Positions 21,631 to 31,222 of a stretch of 64,000 bases of DNA are shown here, piece by piece (the first letter of the stretch is position 1; the number at the start of each line of letters is the position of its first letter). Both the position numbers and the translations under genes were made by a program. This DNA comes from Acholeplasma sp. (GTDB lineage Bacteria; Bacillota_I; Bacilli_A; ML615J-28; CAG-698). The DNA is taken from the NCBI GenBank assembly GCA_012838635.1, contig DUOW01000009.1, forward strand, positions 1,540 to 65,539, in the 5' to 3' direction. Under the pieces are notes generated by a model. It searched no databases. It was given only the letters and a program-made list of their open reading frames with translations, and was not told the origin of the DNA.

Positions 21631-22329
21631 TTACTCTTTTTTATATAAAATACTATTGAAAAAAACTAATTCTTTTTCTCTTAGCCGATGATTAAGGATT
21701 ATTTTTTCTAAAAAATCATGAAAAGATTTATTATGATTATGAAATTTAAAATGTAAAAGCTCATGAACAACAATATATTCAATTAAATTATCAGGAAGAA
21801 TCGCCATAAGATCATTTAAAACAACTTCTTTTTTCCTAAAATAACATACTCCCCATCTACTTTTATAATATTTAAAATTTAAAATTGCATCTTTAGGTAC
21901 AAAATCTAATTTTGTTTTGTAATAATTAAAGATCTTTTTTACTTTTTCTATTACTTCACCATAAACTTTTTTATAAGAAAAGTTTTTGGAAATATAAATA
22001 GCATTATCTTTAATTAGGTGATTGGTGATTTGTTTATGATTTGGGATTAAATCATAACATTTACCATTAAGCCAAATAACTTTACCTTTTTTAAAATCTT
22101 CTACTTTTCTTTGATTATAAAGTTTTTGTTTTTTGCAAACTTCATTTTTAATCCAAGATGAAGCTTTTTCAATAATCTTTTTGAATTCACTTTCACTTAT
22201 GTTTCTTGGAGAACTAATGATAATTTCAAGATTATCGTTAACACTAAGCGATGTCTTAATTCTTTTACTTCTTTTTAAATAAACAGGATAAATATTTTCA
22301 TTTATTTTTAATTCCATCATCTTTTTCAT
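21631..22329 (-). CDS. YgjP/DUF45-family zinc metallohydrolase (M48/WLM-like HExxH)
   Basis: HELLHFKFHNH motif near the C-terminus; N-terminal ...YLKRSKRIKTSLSV... pattern typical of YgjP-like proteins. Confidence 0.75.
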   Translation of the reverse strand: MKKMMELKINENIYPVYLKRSKRIKTSLSVNDNLEIIISSPRNISESEFKKIIEKASSWIKNEVCKKQKLYNQRKVEDFKKGKVIWLNGKCYDLIPNHKQITNHLIKDNAIYISKNFSYKKVYGEVIEKVKKIFNYYKTKLDFVPKDAILNFKYYKSRWGVCYFRKKEVVLNDLMAILPDNLIEYIVVHELLHFKFHNHNKSFHDFLEKIILNHRLREKELVFFNSILYKKE

Positions 22330-23003
22330 AAACTCTTCATCATTCCTTTCTCTAAAAAACTATAATAATTACCCTTCCCAATAATCAAATGATCAACAAC
22401 AACTAAGTCCACCGTCTCTGCAGCTTTAATAATATCTTTTGTGGCAGCAGTATCTTGCCTTGAAGGAGTTGGATCACCAGAAGGATGGTTATGGACTAAG
22501 ATAATAGCAGTTGCTGAATATTTTAGTCCCCATTTAAGAATATTCTTAATATCAAAAACAGTTAAATTAACAGCTCCAACCGAGATAGTTCGCATTTGAA
22601 TTAATTCGCTCTTAGAATTTAAATAAAGAGCAATTAAATATTCTTGATTCAAATTTTGCAGTTTCTCCTTTACAAAGTTATAAACATTTGTGGGATTAGT
22701 TAATGAAACTTGCGATCTTTTAGGAATATTTATTCTCTTACCAAGTTCTATAGCTGCTAAAAGTTCTACTGCTTTAGCCTCACCAATTCCCGGTACAGTT
22801 TTAAGTTCTTGAATTGTTGCTTCACTTAGTTCATTTAAGTCTTTAAATTTACTTAAAAGATTTTTAGAAACATCTAAAACACTATTTTTCAGATATCCAG
22901 TTCGTAAAATAATCGCTAATAATTCATATGTAGCTAGAGATTGGGGACCATTTTTAATTAACCTTTCTCTTGGTCGTTCATCTCTTGGAATCTCTCTTAG
23001 CAT
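22326..23003 (-). CDS. radC: RadC-family JAB/MPN domain protein
   Basis: MLREIPRDERPRERL start, HhH (GIGEAKA), JAMM motif HNHPSGDPTPSRQD. The track start 23057 is a TTG extension. Confidence 0.85.
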   Translation of the reverse strand: MLREIPRDERPRERLIKNGPQSLATYELLAIILRTGYLKNSVLDVSKNLLSKFKDLNELSEATIQELKTVPGIGEAKAVELLAAIELGKRINIPKRSQVSLTNPTNVYNFVKEKLQNLNQEYLIALYLNSKSELIQMRTISVGAVNLTVFDIKNILKWGLKYSATAIILVHNHPSGDPTPSRQDTAATKDIIKAAETVDLVVVDHLIIGKGNYYSFLEKGMMKSL

Positions 23004-23058
23004 TATATTTTTCTTAATTTCAATCACCCAAAAGTATATTATAAAAATTAAAAGCAAA

Positions 23059-24333
23059 TTATGCTTTTAATTTTTTAATCACTTCTGATACATAATATAA
23101 ACTTCCTGTAAATAAAATCAAACTATTAGGATCAGTATTATTAATTTTTTTAAGTTCAATTTCTTCAAAACTAGCAATTCTTTTGTTTTTAAGATGTGAA
23201 TAGTCAATTAAATTAATTGCTTGATCACTTCTTTGATAATGAAATTCAGAAAAGACAATTTCATCTGCTACTTCATCTAATTTTAAAATCATTTGATCTT
23301 TAGCCTTGTTTGAACTAACTGCAAAATAAACAATGACTTTTTTATCACCTTTAACTTCTTTGATAAAGTTAACTAAGCTTTCAATACCACCAATATTATG
23401 TGCACCATCAACTAAAATTAACGGATTTTCTGAAATAATTTCTAATCTTCCCGGCCAGTACGTCTGTTCTAAACTTTTTTGCACTTTTGCCTTATCTAAA
23501 GAAATTAAGCCTTTCTCTTCCATTGTTTTTGTGGCAAGAATTGCTAATGCTGCATTATAAGCTTGATGATATCCTAAAAGTTTTACTTTATAAGAATTTG
23601 CTAAATACTCAAACTCAGTTACTTCTAAACTAACTTTTATCTCTTTAAAATCTTCTTTTCTTACAAAAAATAAAGGAACATTTTTCTTTAAGGCTTCTTC
23701 ATAAAAAATATTCTCTAATCCTTCTTGAAATAAAGCAATGTGAGGTACACCTTCTTTTAAGATTCCTAACTTTTGCCTAGCAATTTCTTCAATCGTTTCC
23801 CCTAAAACATTTTGATGATCTAAAGAAATACTTGTAGTAATTGTAAGAACTGGCTTTTCGATAATATTAGTTACATCTAGAAGTCCACCAATTCCTACTT
23901 CAATAATGGCATAGTCAAGATCTTTTTGTTTACTAAAATAAAGAAATGCTAAAAGTGTCATAAATTCAAAAAATGAAGGTTTATAAATCTCTAACTTTTC
24001 CATTTCTTCAAATTTACTAATGATATAATTACCATATTTAAGTAAATCTTGATCAGAAATATTTACGCCATTATATGCAATTCTTTCATTAAAAACTAAG
24101 ACATAAGGAGAAGTAAACTTCCCAACATTATATCCGTTTTCTCTTAAGATATTTTCAATATAACTTGAAACAGAACCTTTTCCATTTGTTCCCGCTACAT
24201 GAATAATTTTTAAGTCTTTTTCAGGGTTTGAAAAGAAATCACATAGCGATTGCATGTGATTTAAATTAGTTTTCTTTTTTAGTTTTTTTAAGTTTTCAAT
24301 ATAGTTTATTAGTTCAATTACATTATCAAACAT
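23059..24333 (-). CDS. folC: Folylpolyglutamate synthase / dihydrofolate synthase
   Basis: HVAGTNGKGS P-loop, Mur-ligase fold; valS-folC adjacency as in Bacillus. Confidence 0.9.
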   Translation of the reverse strand: MFDNVIELINYIENLKKLKKKTNLNHMQSLCDFFSNPEKDLKIIHVAGTNGKGSVSSYIENILRENGYNVGKFTSPYVLVFNERIAYNGVNISDQDLLKYGNYIISKFEEMEKLEIYKPSFFEFMTLLAFLYFSKQKDLDYAIIEVGIGGLLDVTNIIEKPVLTITTSISLDHQNVLGETIEEIARQKLGILKEGVPHIALFQEGLENIFYEEALKKNVPLFFVRKEDFKEIKVSLEVTEFEYLANSYKVKLLGYHQAYNAALAILATKTMEEKGLISLDKAKVQKSLEQTYWPGRLEIISENPLILVDGAHNIGGIESLVNFIKEVKGDKKVIVYFAVSSNKAKDQMILKLDEVADEIVFSEFHYQRSDQAINLIDYSHLKNKRIASFEEIELKKINNTDPNSLILFTGSLYYVSEVIKKLKA

Positions 24334-24334
24334 C

Positions 24335-26944
24335 TTAACTAAAACTCTTAATCAAATCTAAAACATCGTTTAATTGCTTTCGATATGATTCTAATTTATT
24401 CCTTTCTTCTTCAACTTTTGCTTCTGGTGCTTTCAAAACAAAGTTAGGATTATCAAGCATCTTAAAACAACGATTAATCTCTGCTTCTAATCTTACCTTT
24501 TCTGAAAGTAACCTTTCTTTTTCTTCTTCAATATTTATTAAATCTTTTAAAGAAATAGCGATTGTTAGATCTTCTAAAACTCTAAGTGCTTTATCTTGAG
24601 AATCAATTTTCTCTGAAAATTGAATCTTGCTATAATTACAAAATCTCTTTAAATATGCCTCATTTTCTTTAATGGTTTTCTTAAATGCTTGATTGTTTGT
24701 TTCAAATTCTAGGTCAACAGGCTTAGAATTGCCAATTTTATATTCAGCTCGAATATTTCTTACAGCAGTAATTATATCAAAAATTATATTAATTCTGTTA
24801 ACACCTCTAAAACTAAATTTTGGATTTACTTCTGGCCATTTACTAATAACGATACTTTCTGAATAATAACTTTCATAGATTTCTTCAGTAAAGAAAGGCA
24901 TAAATGGGTGTAACAGTTTTAAAATTGTCTTTAAACCATAATTTAAGACAGCACAAGTATTAATTTTCTTATCTTTGCTTTCAGATTCTGTAAAGACAAC
25001 TTTAGTCATCTCTAAATACCAAGATGCAAAATCATCCCAAATGAAACGATAGATAACTCTTCCTGCTTCCCCAAAACGATATTCTTCTAAATGCTTATCA
25101 GCTTCTTTAATTACTTTGTTTAGGGTTGTTAAGAACCACTTGTCTAAAAGACTTAGTTGATCTTTATCAATTTCTTCACCATTATATGATGCATTATCAA
25201 ATTGGATCTTAATATAACGAGCAATATTCCAAATTTTGTTGATATAGTTCCAAGCAGCTTCTACTTTTTCTTGAGAGAATCGAATATCGTCTCCTAAAGT
25301 AGATGCTGTTGCAAGAAAATATCTTAAACTATCTACACCATATTTATCAATCATCTCTTCAGGCACGATACCATTACCTAAAGATTTACTCATTTTTCTT
25401 CCTTGTTCGTCTCTAACTAAGCCATGAATTAAAACACCTTTAAATGGCCTTTGACCTAAGAAATGTTTAGATTGAAATACCATTCTTGCAACCCAAAAGA
25501 AAATAATATCATAAGCTGTTACTAAAACATCAGTTGGAAAATATCTCTTTAAATCTGGAGTCTCTTCCGGCCAGCCCATTGTACTAAACGGCCAAAGGGC
25601 ACTTGAAAACCATGTATCTAAAACATCAGGATCTCTTGTCCAGCCTTCTTCTTTAGGTGCTTTTATCCCAACATATATCTCTTCTCCCTTATACCAAACG
25701 GGAATTTGGTGTCCCCACCATAACTGTCTACTAATACACCAATCTTGAATATTTTCAAGCCATTGTTTGAAAGTACGTTCAAAACGTTTAGGGAAAAAGT
25801 TAACTTTCTCATCTGCTTTAGTTTGCATTTCTAAAACATCAGATGCTAACTTATCCATCTTTACAAACCATTGTTTTGATAACCTTGGCTCAACAACTAC
25901 CCCAGTTCTTTCACTATGACCAATAGCATGAGTAATCTTTTCAATCTTTTTAAAGTAACTTTCTTTTTTAAGATCTTCTAGAACCTTTTTTCGACACTCA
26001 AATCGTTCTAAGCCTTCATATTTACCAGCTAAAGCATTCATCGTGCCATCTTCATTCATACATAAAGGTTGAGCTAAATTGTGTCTTCTTCCTACTTCAA
26101 AGTCATTAGGATCATGAGCTGGAGTAACCTTTACAACACCAGTACCATAATCAATATCAACATAGCTATCTACAATTACCGGAATTTCAATATCTGTTAA
26201 AGGAACATAAACCTTTTTCCCAACATACCCTAAATATCTTTTATCTTTAGGATTAACCATTAAAGCTTGGTCAGCAAACATTGTTTCTGGCCTTGTTGTG
26301 GCAATAACTAAAGAGCCACTTCCATCAACTAAACGATATTCATAATAGTATAAATAAGCATCTTCTTCTTCATAAATTACTTCAATATTTGATAAAGCTG
26401 TTTTACTAGCAACATCCCAGTTAATAATTCTTTTACCTTGATAGATAATACCTTCTTCATACATTTTAGTAAAGACATAATTAACCGCATGATTTAACCC
26501 TTCATCTAAAGTAAATCTTTCTCTAGTATAGTCTAAAGATAAGCCAATCATTTCCCAACTATGGCTAATTTTACCGGAATATAACTCTTTCCATTTCCAA
26601 CATTCTTCTAAAAACTTCTCTCTTCCTAAGTCATATTTAGAAATACCTTTTTTACGTAACATTTCCTCAACTTTAGCTTGAGTTGCAATCCCAGCATGAT
26701 CCATTCCTGGAAGCCATAAGCAATCAAACCCCATCATTCTTTTACGTCTAATAATAATGTCTGGAAGGGTATTATTCATTACGTGTCCTAAATGTAATTC
26801 ACCGGTAATATTTGGTGGTGGAAGCACGATTGAATATGGCTTTTTACTAGTATCTCCAGCTGTAAAATAGCCTTTTTCTACCCACTTCTTATATTTTCCT
26901 TTTTCCACTTTTTTAAAATCATATTTTAAATCTAACTCTTTCAT
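24335..26944 (-). CDS. valS: Valine--tRNA ligase
   Basis: 869 aa; PPPNITGELHLGH (HIGH), KMSKS, C-terminal coiled coil. Confidence 0.97.
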   Translation of the reverse strand: MKELDLKYDFKKVEKGKYKKWVEKGYFTAGDTSKKPYSIVLPPPNITGELHLGHVMNNTLPDIIIRRKRMMGFDCLWLPGMDHAGIATQAKVEEMLRKKGISKYDLGREKFLEECWKWKELYSGKISHSWEMIGLSLDYTRERFTLDEGLNHAVNYVFTKMYEEGIIYQGKRIINWDVASKTALSNIEVIYEEEDAYLYYYEYRLVDGSGSLVIATTRPETMFADQALMVNPKDKRYLGYVGKKVYVPLTDIEIPVIVDSYVDIDYGTGVVKVTPAHDPNDFEVGRRHNLAQPLCMNEDGTMNALAGKYEGLERFECRKKVLEDLKKESYFKKIEKITHAIGHSERTGVVVEPRLSKQWFVKMDKLASDVLEMQTKADEKVNFFPKRFERTFKQWLENIQDWCISRQLWWGHQIPVWYKGEEIYVGIKAPKEEGWTRDPDVLDTWFSSALWPFSTMGWPEETPDLKRYFPTDVLVTAYDIIFFWVARMVFQSKHFLGQRPFKGVLIHGLVRDEQGRKMSKSLGNGIVPEEMIDKYGVDSLRYFLATASTLGDDIRFSQEKVEAAWNYINKIWNIARYIKIQFDNASYNGEEIDKDQLSLLDKWFLTTLNKVIKEADKHLEEYRFGEAGRVIYRFIWDDFASWYLEMTKVVFTESESKDKKINTCAVLNYGLKTILKLLHPFMPFFTEEIYESYYSESIVISKWPEVNPKFSFRGVNRINIIFDIITAVRNIRAEYKIGNSKPVDLEFETNNQAFKKTIKENEAYLKRFCNYSKIQFSEKIDSQDKALRVLEDLTIAISLKDLINIEEEKERLLSEKVRLEAEINRCFKMLDNPNFVLKAPEAKVEEERNKLESYRKQLNDVLDLIKSFS

Positions 26945-26964
26945 TTCTAACCTCCATAAAAAAA

Positions 26965-27200
26965 GTCCTTAAAATTAAATTTTAAGGACGAATTATCGCG
27001 GTACCACCTTAATTCATAGTAAAAAAACTACTATGCACCTTCATTAGTAATTAACGCTTTACCTACGAAACTAGCTACTACTATTTCACTAGTTTAGCTC
27101 CAAGACTACTTCAATAAAGGTTACTTATAATCTTCCACCAAAACGATTACTCTCTAGAAAATAACTGCTTTATTTACTCCTTCTCTTCCTTGCCAATATG
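26965..27200 (-). promoter_or_regulatory. T-box leader (tRNA-sensing riboswitch) of valS
   Basis: Minus strand: AGAGAG (27155-27150), GGTGGAA (27139-27133), candidate GUA Val specifier followed by G (27109-27107), T-box core AATTAAGGTGGTACCGCG (27014-26997), terminator GTCCTTAAAAT/ATTTTAAGGAC (26989-26965) plus U7. Confidence 0.85.
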
Positions 27201-27205
27201 AAAAT

Positions 27206-27234
27206 ATTATAACTTATTTTTCTAAAAAAGTCAA
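27206..27234 (-). promoter_or_regulatory. Promoter of the valS T-box leader
   Basis: Minus strand TTGACT (27234-27229), 17 nt, TATAAT (27211-27206). Confidence 0.6.
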
Positions 27235-28233
27235 TTAATTTCCACCTTTTTGGTAAGGTACTCCATTAGCCCTTGGGCCTTGATTAGTTTTAGAAAAGAA
27301 GATTAATACTACTAATGTAGCAATAAATGGTAACATCTTTAATACTTCATTCGAGAAGCCTAAGTTTTCTAAGAAAGGAATATAAGCTATTCCACTTGCA
27401 AGGACAGTTAAGAATGAGAAGAATGCAGCTGCTAAAGCAATCTTGAATGGTTTCCAGTTACCAAAAATCATAACTGCCATTGCTAAGAATCCATAACCTG
27501 CTACAGTTCCATTATATACTGTGTAAATATTAGTAATTAACATATAACCACCAATACCAGCTAAAGCACCACTTGCTAGTGTTCCAAAATATCTTGTTTT
27601 ATAAACATTAATTCCTACTGAATCTGCTGCTTCTGGGTGTTCACCACAAGCTCTTATTCTTAAACCTAAACGTGTTTTATATAAAACAATATAACTTGTA
27701 ATTAAAATAGCAATTCCAATAAATACACTTAAGTTAGCATCTTTAAAGAATAAATCCCCAATAAATGGAATTTTTGATAAAAACCCCATTTCTTTAAATC
27801 TAAACAAAGCATATGGAACTTCAATTTCATCTGATCCTCTTACCTGACCTAAAGATAGTGTCATTGTTAAGAAAACAACTAGTGCTGGTGCTAAAGTATT
27901 AATCGCAGTTGCACTAATAATTTGATTAGCAGCGAGGTTAATCGAAGCAAAAGCATGAAGAAGAGCAACTAAGATTCCAGCTACAGCTGCAATTAGCATA
28001 CCAAATAAGTAAACTCCTTGAATTAGCCACATTGAACTATCTGCATTCATCCCAACTGCTTTTCCAAGATACTTAACAACTAATACCCCACAAAAAGCAC
28101 CAAGGATCATAATACCCTCTAAAGCAATGTTTGTAACTCCGCCTTTTTCACTCATCATAGCTCCAATTGCTACTACCATTAGAGGAATAAAACTCATTAA
28201 GAATAATCCCATAAAATTATAAAAATTAGACAT
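27235..28233 (-). CDS. ABC transporter permease (BMP/nucleoside-type system, second permease)
   Basis: Polytopic 332 aa, BPD-type permease of CUT2-like systems; in an operon with the ATPase and BMP lipoprotein genes. Confidence 0.85.
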   Translation of the reverse strand: MSNFYNFMGLFLMSFIPLMVVAIGAMMSEKGGVTNIALEGIMILGAFCGVLVVKYLGKAVGMNADSSMWLIQGVYLFGMLIAAVAGILVALLHAFASINLAANQIISATAINTLAPALVVFLTMTLSLGQVRGSDEIEVPYALFRFKEMGFLSKIPFIGDLFFKDANLSVFIGIAILITSYIVLYKTRLGLRIRACGEHPEAADSVGINVYKTRYFGTLASGALAGIGGYMLITNIYTVYNGTVAGYGFLAMAVMIFGNWKPFKIALAAAFFSFLTVLASGIAYIPFLENLGFSNEVLKMLPFIATLVVLIFFSKTNQGPRANGVPYQKGGN

Positions 28234-29590
28234 TATCTTTCACCTCCAATTGTTCTTCTTCTTTTGGCTTTTTCTTGAAAAGCTTTTTAAAGAAACCTTT
28301 ATCTAAAACAATAGAAATAATCTTAGATAAAGCTGCCATAAAGATAATTGAAGCAATAATTACACTTGCAATTTCTCTGTTATAACCTACAATTTGTAGC
28401 GTCTCGGCACTGTTTTTCAAATAACTAATAAAAACACTTGTGAAAATTATTCCGATTGGATGACTATTTGCAAGTAAAGCTACACTCATTCCCTCAAAGC
28501 CTTGAGGTGGAACGCTACTCATACCTGACAAGAAGAGAGGACTTTTTGCTAAATAAGCAAATACTCCACCTAAACCAGCAAGTCCGCCCGCAATAGCCAT
28601 TGAAGTGATTATGTTCTTTTTATTATTAATACCAGCTGCTTTAGAAGCAGTTGAAGAATAACCAACAGCTTTCAACTGATAACCTAATGTTGTCTTCTTT
28701 AAAATAAAGAAAATCAAAATCGCAACTATGATGGCAATAAAAATTCCTATATCTATCTTAGATCCACCAAAGATTTTATCTAATCCTATTACTGGCGTCC
28801 AAGCAGTTGGGTGATTAATAGCAATACGATTATATAATGAATCAAATACTGGCGGATAAACTGCCATTATTGATACTAGATAAATACCAATATAGTTCAT
28901 CATAATTGTTCCAATAACTTCACTCACATTAAAGAAAGCCTTGAGAATTCCTGGTATTGCCCCCCAAATTGCTCCAGCTAAAACTCCTGCTAATACACAC
29001 ACTAGCCAATGAATAACAGGCGGTAGTGTAAGAAGCCTTGCTGCATATAATGCAAAGACTGCCCCAACAATAAATTGACCTGATGCGCCAATATTAAATA
29101 AACCTGTTTTACTTGCAAAAGCAAAAGCAAGACCAGTTAACATAATTGGAACAGCATCAGCTAAAACATCACCGATACTTCTCTTACTTCTAAATCCACC
29201 AATGAATAATCTTTTTAATCCTTCTAATGAAGAAGAAGGTTTAGTAATTACCATAATCAAAAACCCTAATAAAATACCTATTAAAATCGAAATAACAGCT
29301 ACTTTAAATGATTTGTAGGTTGGGGATTTACGAACCTTAGTTACGAATTCTTTAAAGTCAAATTTTTCTTTTTGTTTTTCTTCTTTAGGTTCAACTTTTT
29401 CTTCTTCCACAATTTCTTTTGACTCTTCTTCTTTTGATAATTCTTGAACTTCAGGTTGTTTCTTATTCTTTTTTGATCTAGGATAATATTTTTCTAAAAT
29501 AAATTTCAAACTAATTATAAATAGTCCTAAAATAAACAATGAAATAAGAATTATGAATAAAATTTTAACTGTAGTACTCATTATGATCAC
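28226..29590 (-). CDS. ABC transporter permease with N-terminal TM + Lys/Glu-rich extension
   Basis: Residues ~100-454 are a CUT2-type permease. Residues 1-100 are one TM helix plus KKNKKQPEVQELSKEEESKEIVEEEKVEPKEEKQKEK. Confidence 0.85.
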   Translation of the reverse strand: MIIMSTTVKILFIILISLFILGLFIISLKFILEKYYPRSKKNKKQPEVQELSKEEESKEIVEEEKVEPKEEKQKEKFDFKEFVTKVRKSPTYKSFKVAVISILIGILLGFLIMVITKPSSSLEGLKRLFIGGFRSKRSIGDVLADAVPIMLTGLAFAFASKTGLFNIGASGQFIVGAVFALYAARLLTLPPVIHWLVCVLAGVLAGAIWGAIPGILKAFFNVSEVIGTIMMNYIGIYLVSIMAVYPPVFDSLYNRIAINHPTAWTPVIGLDKIFGGSKIDIGIFIAIIVAILIFFILKKTTLGYQLKAVGYSSTASKAAGINNKKNIITSMAIAGGLAGLGGVFAYLAKSPLFLSGMSSVPPQGFEGMSVALLANSHPIGIIFTSVFISYLKNSAETLQIVGYNREIASVIIASIIFMAALSKIISIVLDKGFFKKLFKKKPKEEEQLEVKDNV

Positions 29591-31160
29591 CTGCTTCTAC
29601 TTTAGGAAGATTGCGTTTTGTTCCTAACATATACATACCAAGCTCAGCATGGTTAGTTTTCTTCGGATCAAGTGCTCCAACAATTGCACCTTCGTAAATT
29701 ACTAAAATACGATCAGCAAGATCAGTAACTTCATCAAGTTCAAAAGAAACAACAAAGATAGCATTTCCTTTATCACGTTCTTTAACAATTGTCTTATGAA
29801 CAAACTCAATTGCCCCAACATCTAGTCCTCTAGTTGGTTGACTAGCAATTAATAAATTATGTGGTTTTGCAGTTTCACGAGCAAAAATAGCTTTTTGTTG
29901 GTTACCACCAGATAAACTACGAGCTTTAGTTTTTGCTCCTTCTCCAGACCTAATATCATACTCATCAATCAACTTGTTTGTATAGTCTAGTATTTCTTGT
30001 TTTTTCAAAATACCTCTTTTAGAAAATCTTGGTTTGTAATATTGATTTGTAATCATATTATCAGCAACTGAATACTCTAAAATTAGACCAAACTTTTGTC
30101 TATCCTCTGGAATATGACTCATACCATCATCAATTCTTTTTCTTACAGTTGACTTAGCAATATCTTCACCATTAAAGACTATTTCACCAGTAAAATCAAT
30201 ATCAAGGCCAGTAATTACATTAACTAATTCACTTTGGCCGTTACCATCAATACCTGCAAGACAAACTATTTCACCAGCTCTAATATCAAAATTTACATTA
30301 TTTAATACTAATTTATCTTGACCTTTTAATTTCTTACTTAAGTTCCTAACTGATAATACTACCTCTTTTGGCTTAGATTCAGCTTTTTCAACTGAAAAAT
30401 CAACTACACGACCTACCATTAACTCAGCCATTTTATTAACTGAAGTTGTAGGAACGTCGATTGTTGTAATATATTTACCTCTTCTAAGAATTGTACAACG
30501 ATCTGCTACAGCTTTAATTTCATTTAGCTTGTGTGTAATTAAAATAATCGTTTTACCTTCTTCAGAAAAGTTTTTCATCGTCTTCATTAGAGATTCAATC
30601 TCTTGCGGTGTTAAAACAGCAGTTGGTTCATCAAAAATTAGAATTTCTGCATCACGATATAACATCTTTAAGATTTCAACTTTTTGTTGTTGCGAAACAG
30701 TTAAATCTTTAACATAAGCATCTAAATCTACTTCTAAACCATATCTCTTTGATAATTCTAAAACTTTTACACGACACTCCTTTAAATCTAAAAAAAGACC
30801 TTTTCTTGTTTCTTTTCCTAAAATGATGTTTTCCAAAACAGTGAAAACATCAACTAGCTTAAAGTGTTGGTGAACCATACCAATATTGTAGTCATTGGCA
30901 TCATTAGGATTATTGATTTCAACTTCCTCACCATTAATTTTAATGATTCCACTATCAGCTTTGTAAAGACCAAATAAGACTGACATTAAAGTTGATTTAC
31001 CGGCCCCGTTTTCACCTAAAACTGCATGAATTTCACCTTTTTTTACCCTTAAAGTAACATTGTCATTAGCATACAAACTACCAAAAGTTTTAGTTATGTT
31101 CAGCATTTCAACCGCATATTCAATTTTATTTTTTACTGCTAAAACTTCCTTTTCTTGCAT
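29565..31160 (-). CDS. ABC transporter ATP-binding protein, duplicated ATPase domains
   Basis: GENGAGKST Walker A, LSGGNQQK signature in the second half, two ABC cassettes (CUT2 family). Confidence 0.9.
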   Translation of the reverse strand: MQEKEVLAVKNKIEYAVEMLNITKTFGSLYANDNVTLRVKKGEIHAVLGENGAGKSTLMSVLFGLYKADSGIIKINGEEVEINNPNDANDYNIGMVHQHFKLVDVFTVLENIILGKETRKGLFLDLKECRVKVLELSKRYGLEVDLDAYVKDLTVSQQQKVEILKMLYRDAEILIFDEPTAVLTPQEIESLMKTMKNFSEEGKTIILITHKLNEIKAVADRCTILRRGKYITTIDVPTTSVNKMAELMVGRVVDFSVEKAESKPKEVVLSVRNLSKKLKGQDKLVLNNVNFDIRAGEIVCLAGIDGNGQSELVNVITGLDIDFTGEIVFNGEDIAKSTVRKRIDDGMSHIPEDRQKFGLILEYSVADNMITNQYYKPRFSKRGILKKQEILDYTNKLIDEYDIRSGEGAKTKARSLSGGNQQKAIFARETAKPHNLLIASQPTRGLDVGAIEFVHKTIVKERDKGNAIFVVSFELDEVTDLADRILVIYEGAIVGALDPKKTNHAELGMYMLGTKRNLPKVEAGDHNEYYS

Positions 31161-31182
31161 TCATCTCTCCTTTTTTTGAAAT

Positions 31183-31206
31183 AAGAGGGATGTTTCCATC
31201 CCTCTT
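31183..31206 (-). other. Intercistronic stem-loop between the BMP lipoprotein gene and the ABC ATPase gene
   Basis: Perfect 10-bp stem AAGAGGGATG/CATCCCTCTT with a 4-nt loop (GAAA on the minus strand). On the coding strand it is followed by AUUUCAAAAAAAGGAGAG (ATPase RBS), not a U-tract. Confidence 0.5.
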
Positions 31207-31222
31207 TTTTTTACCTTCCTAA

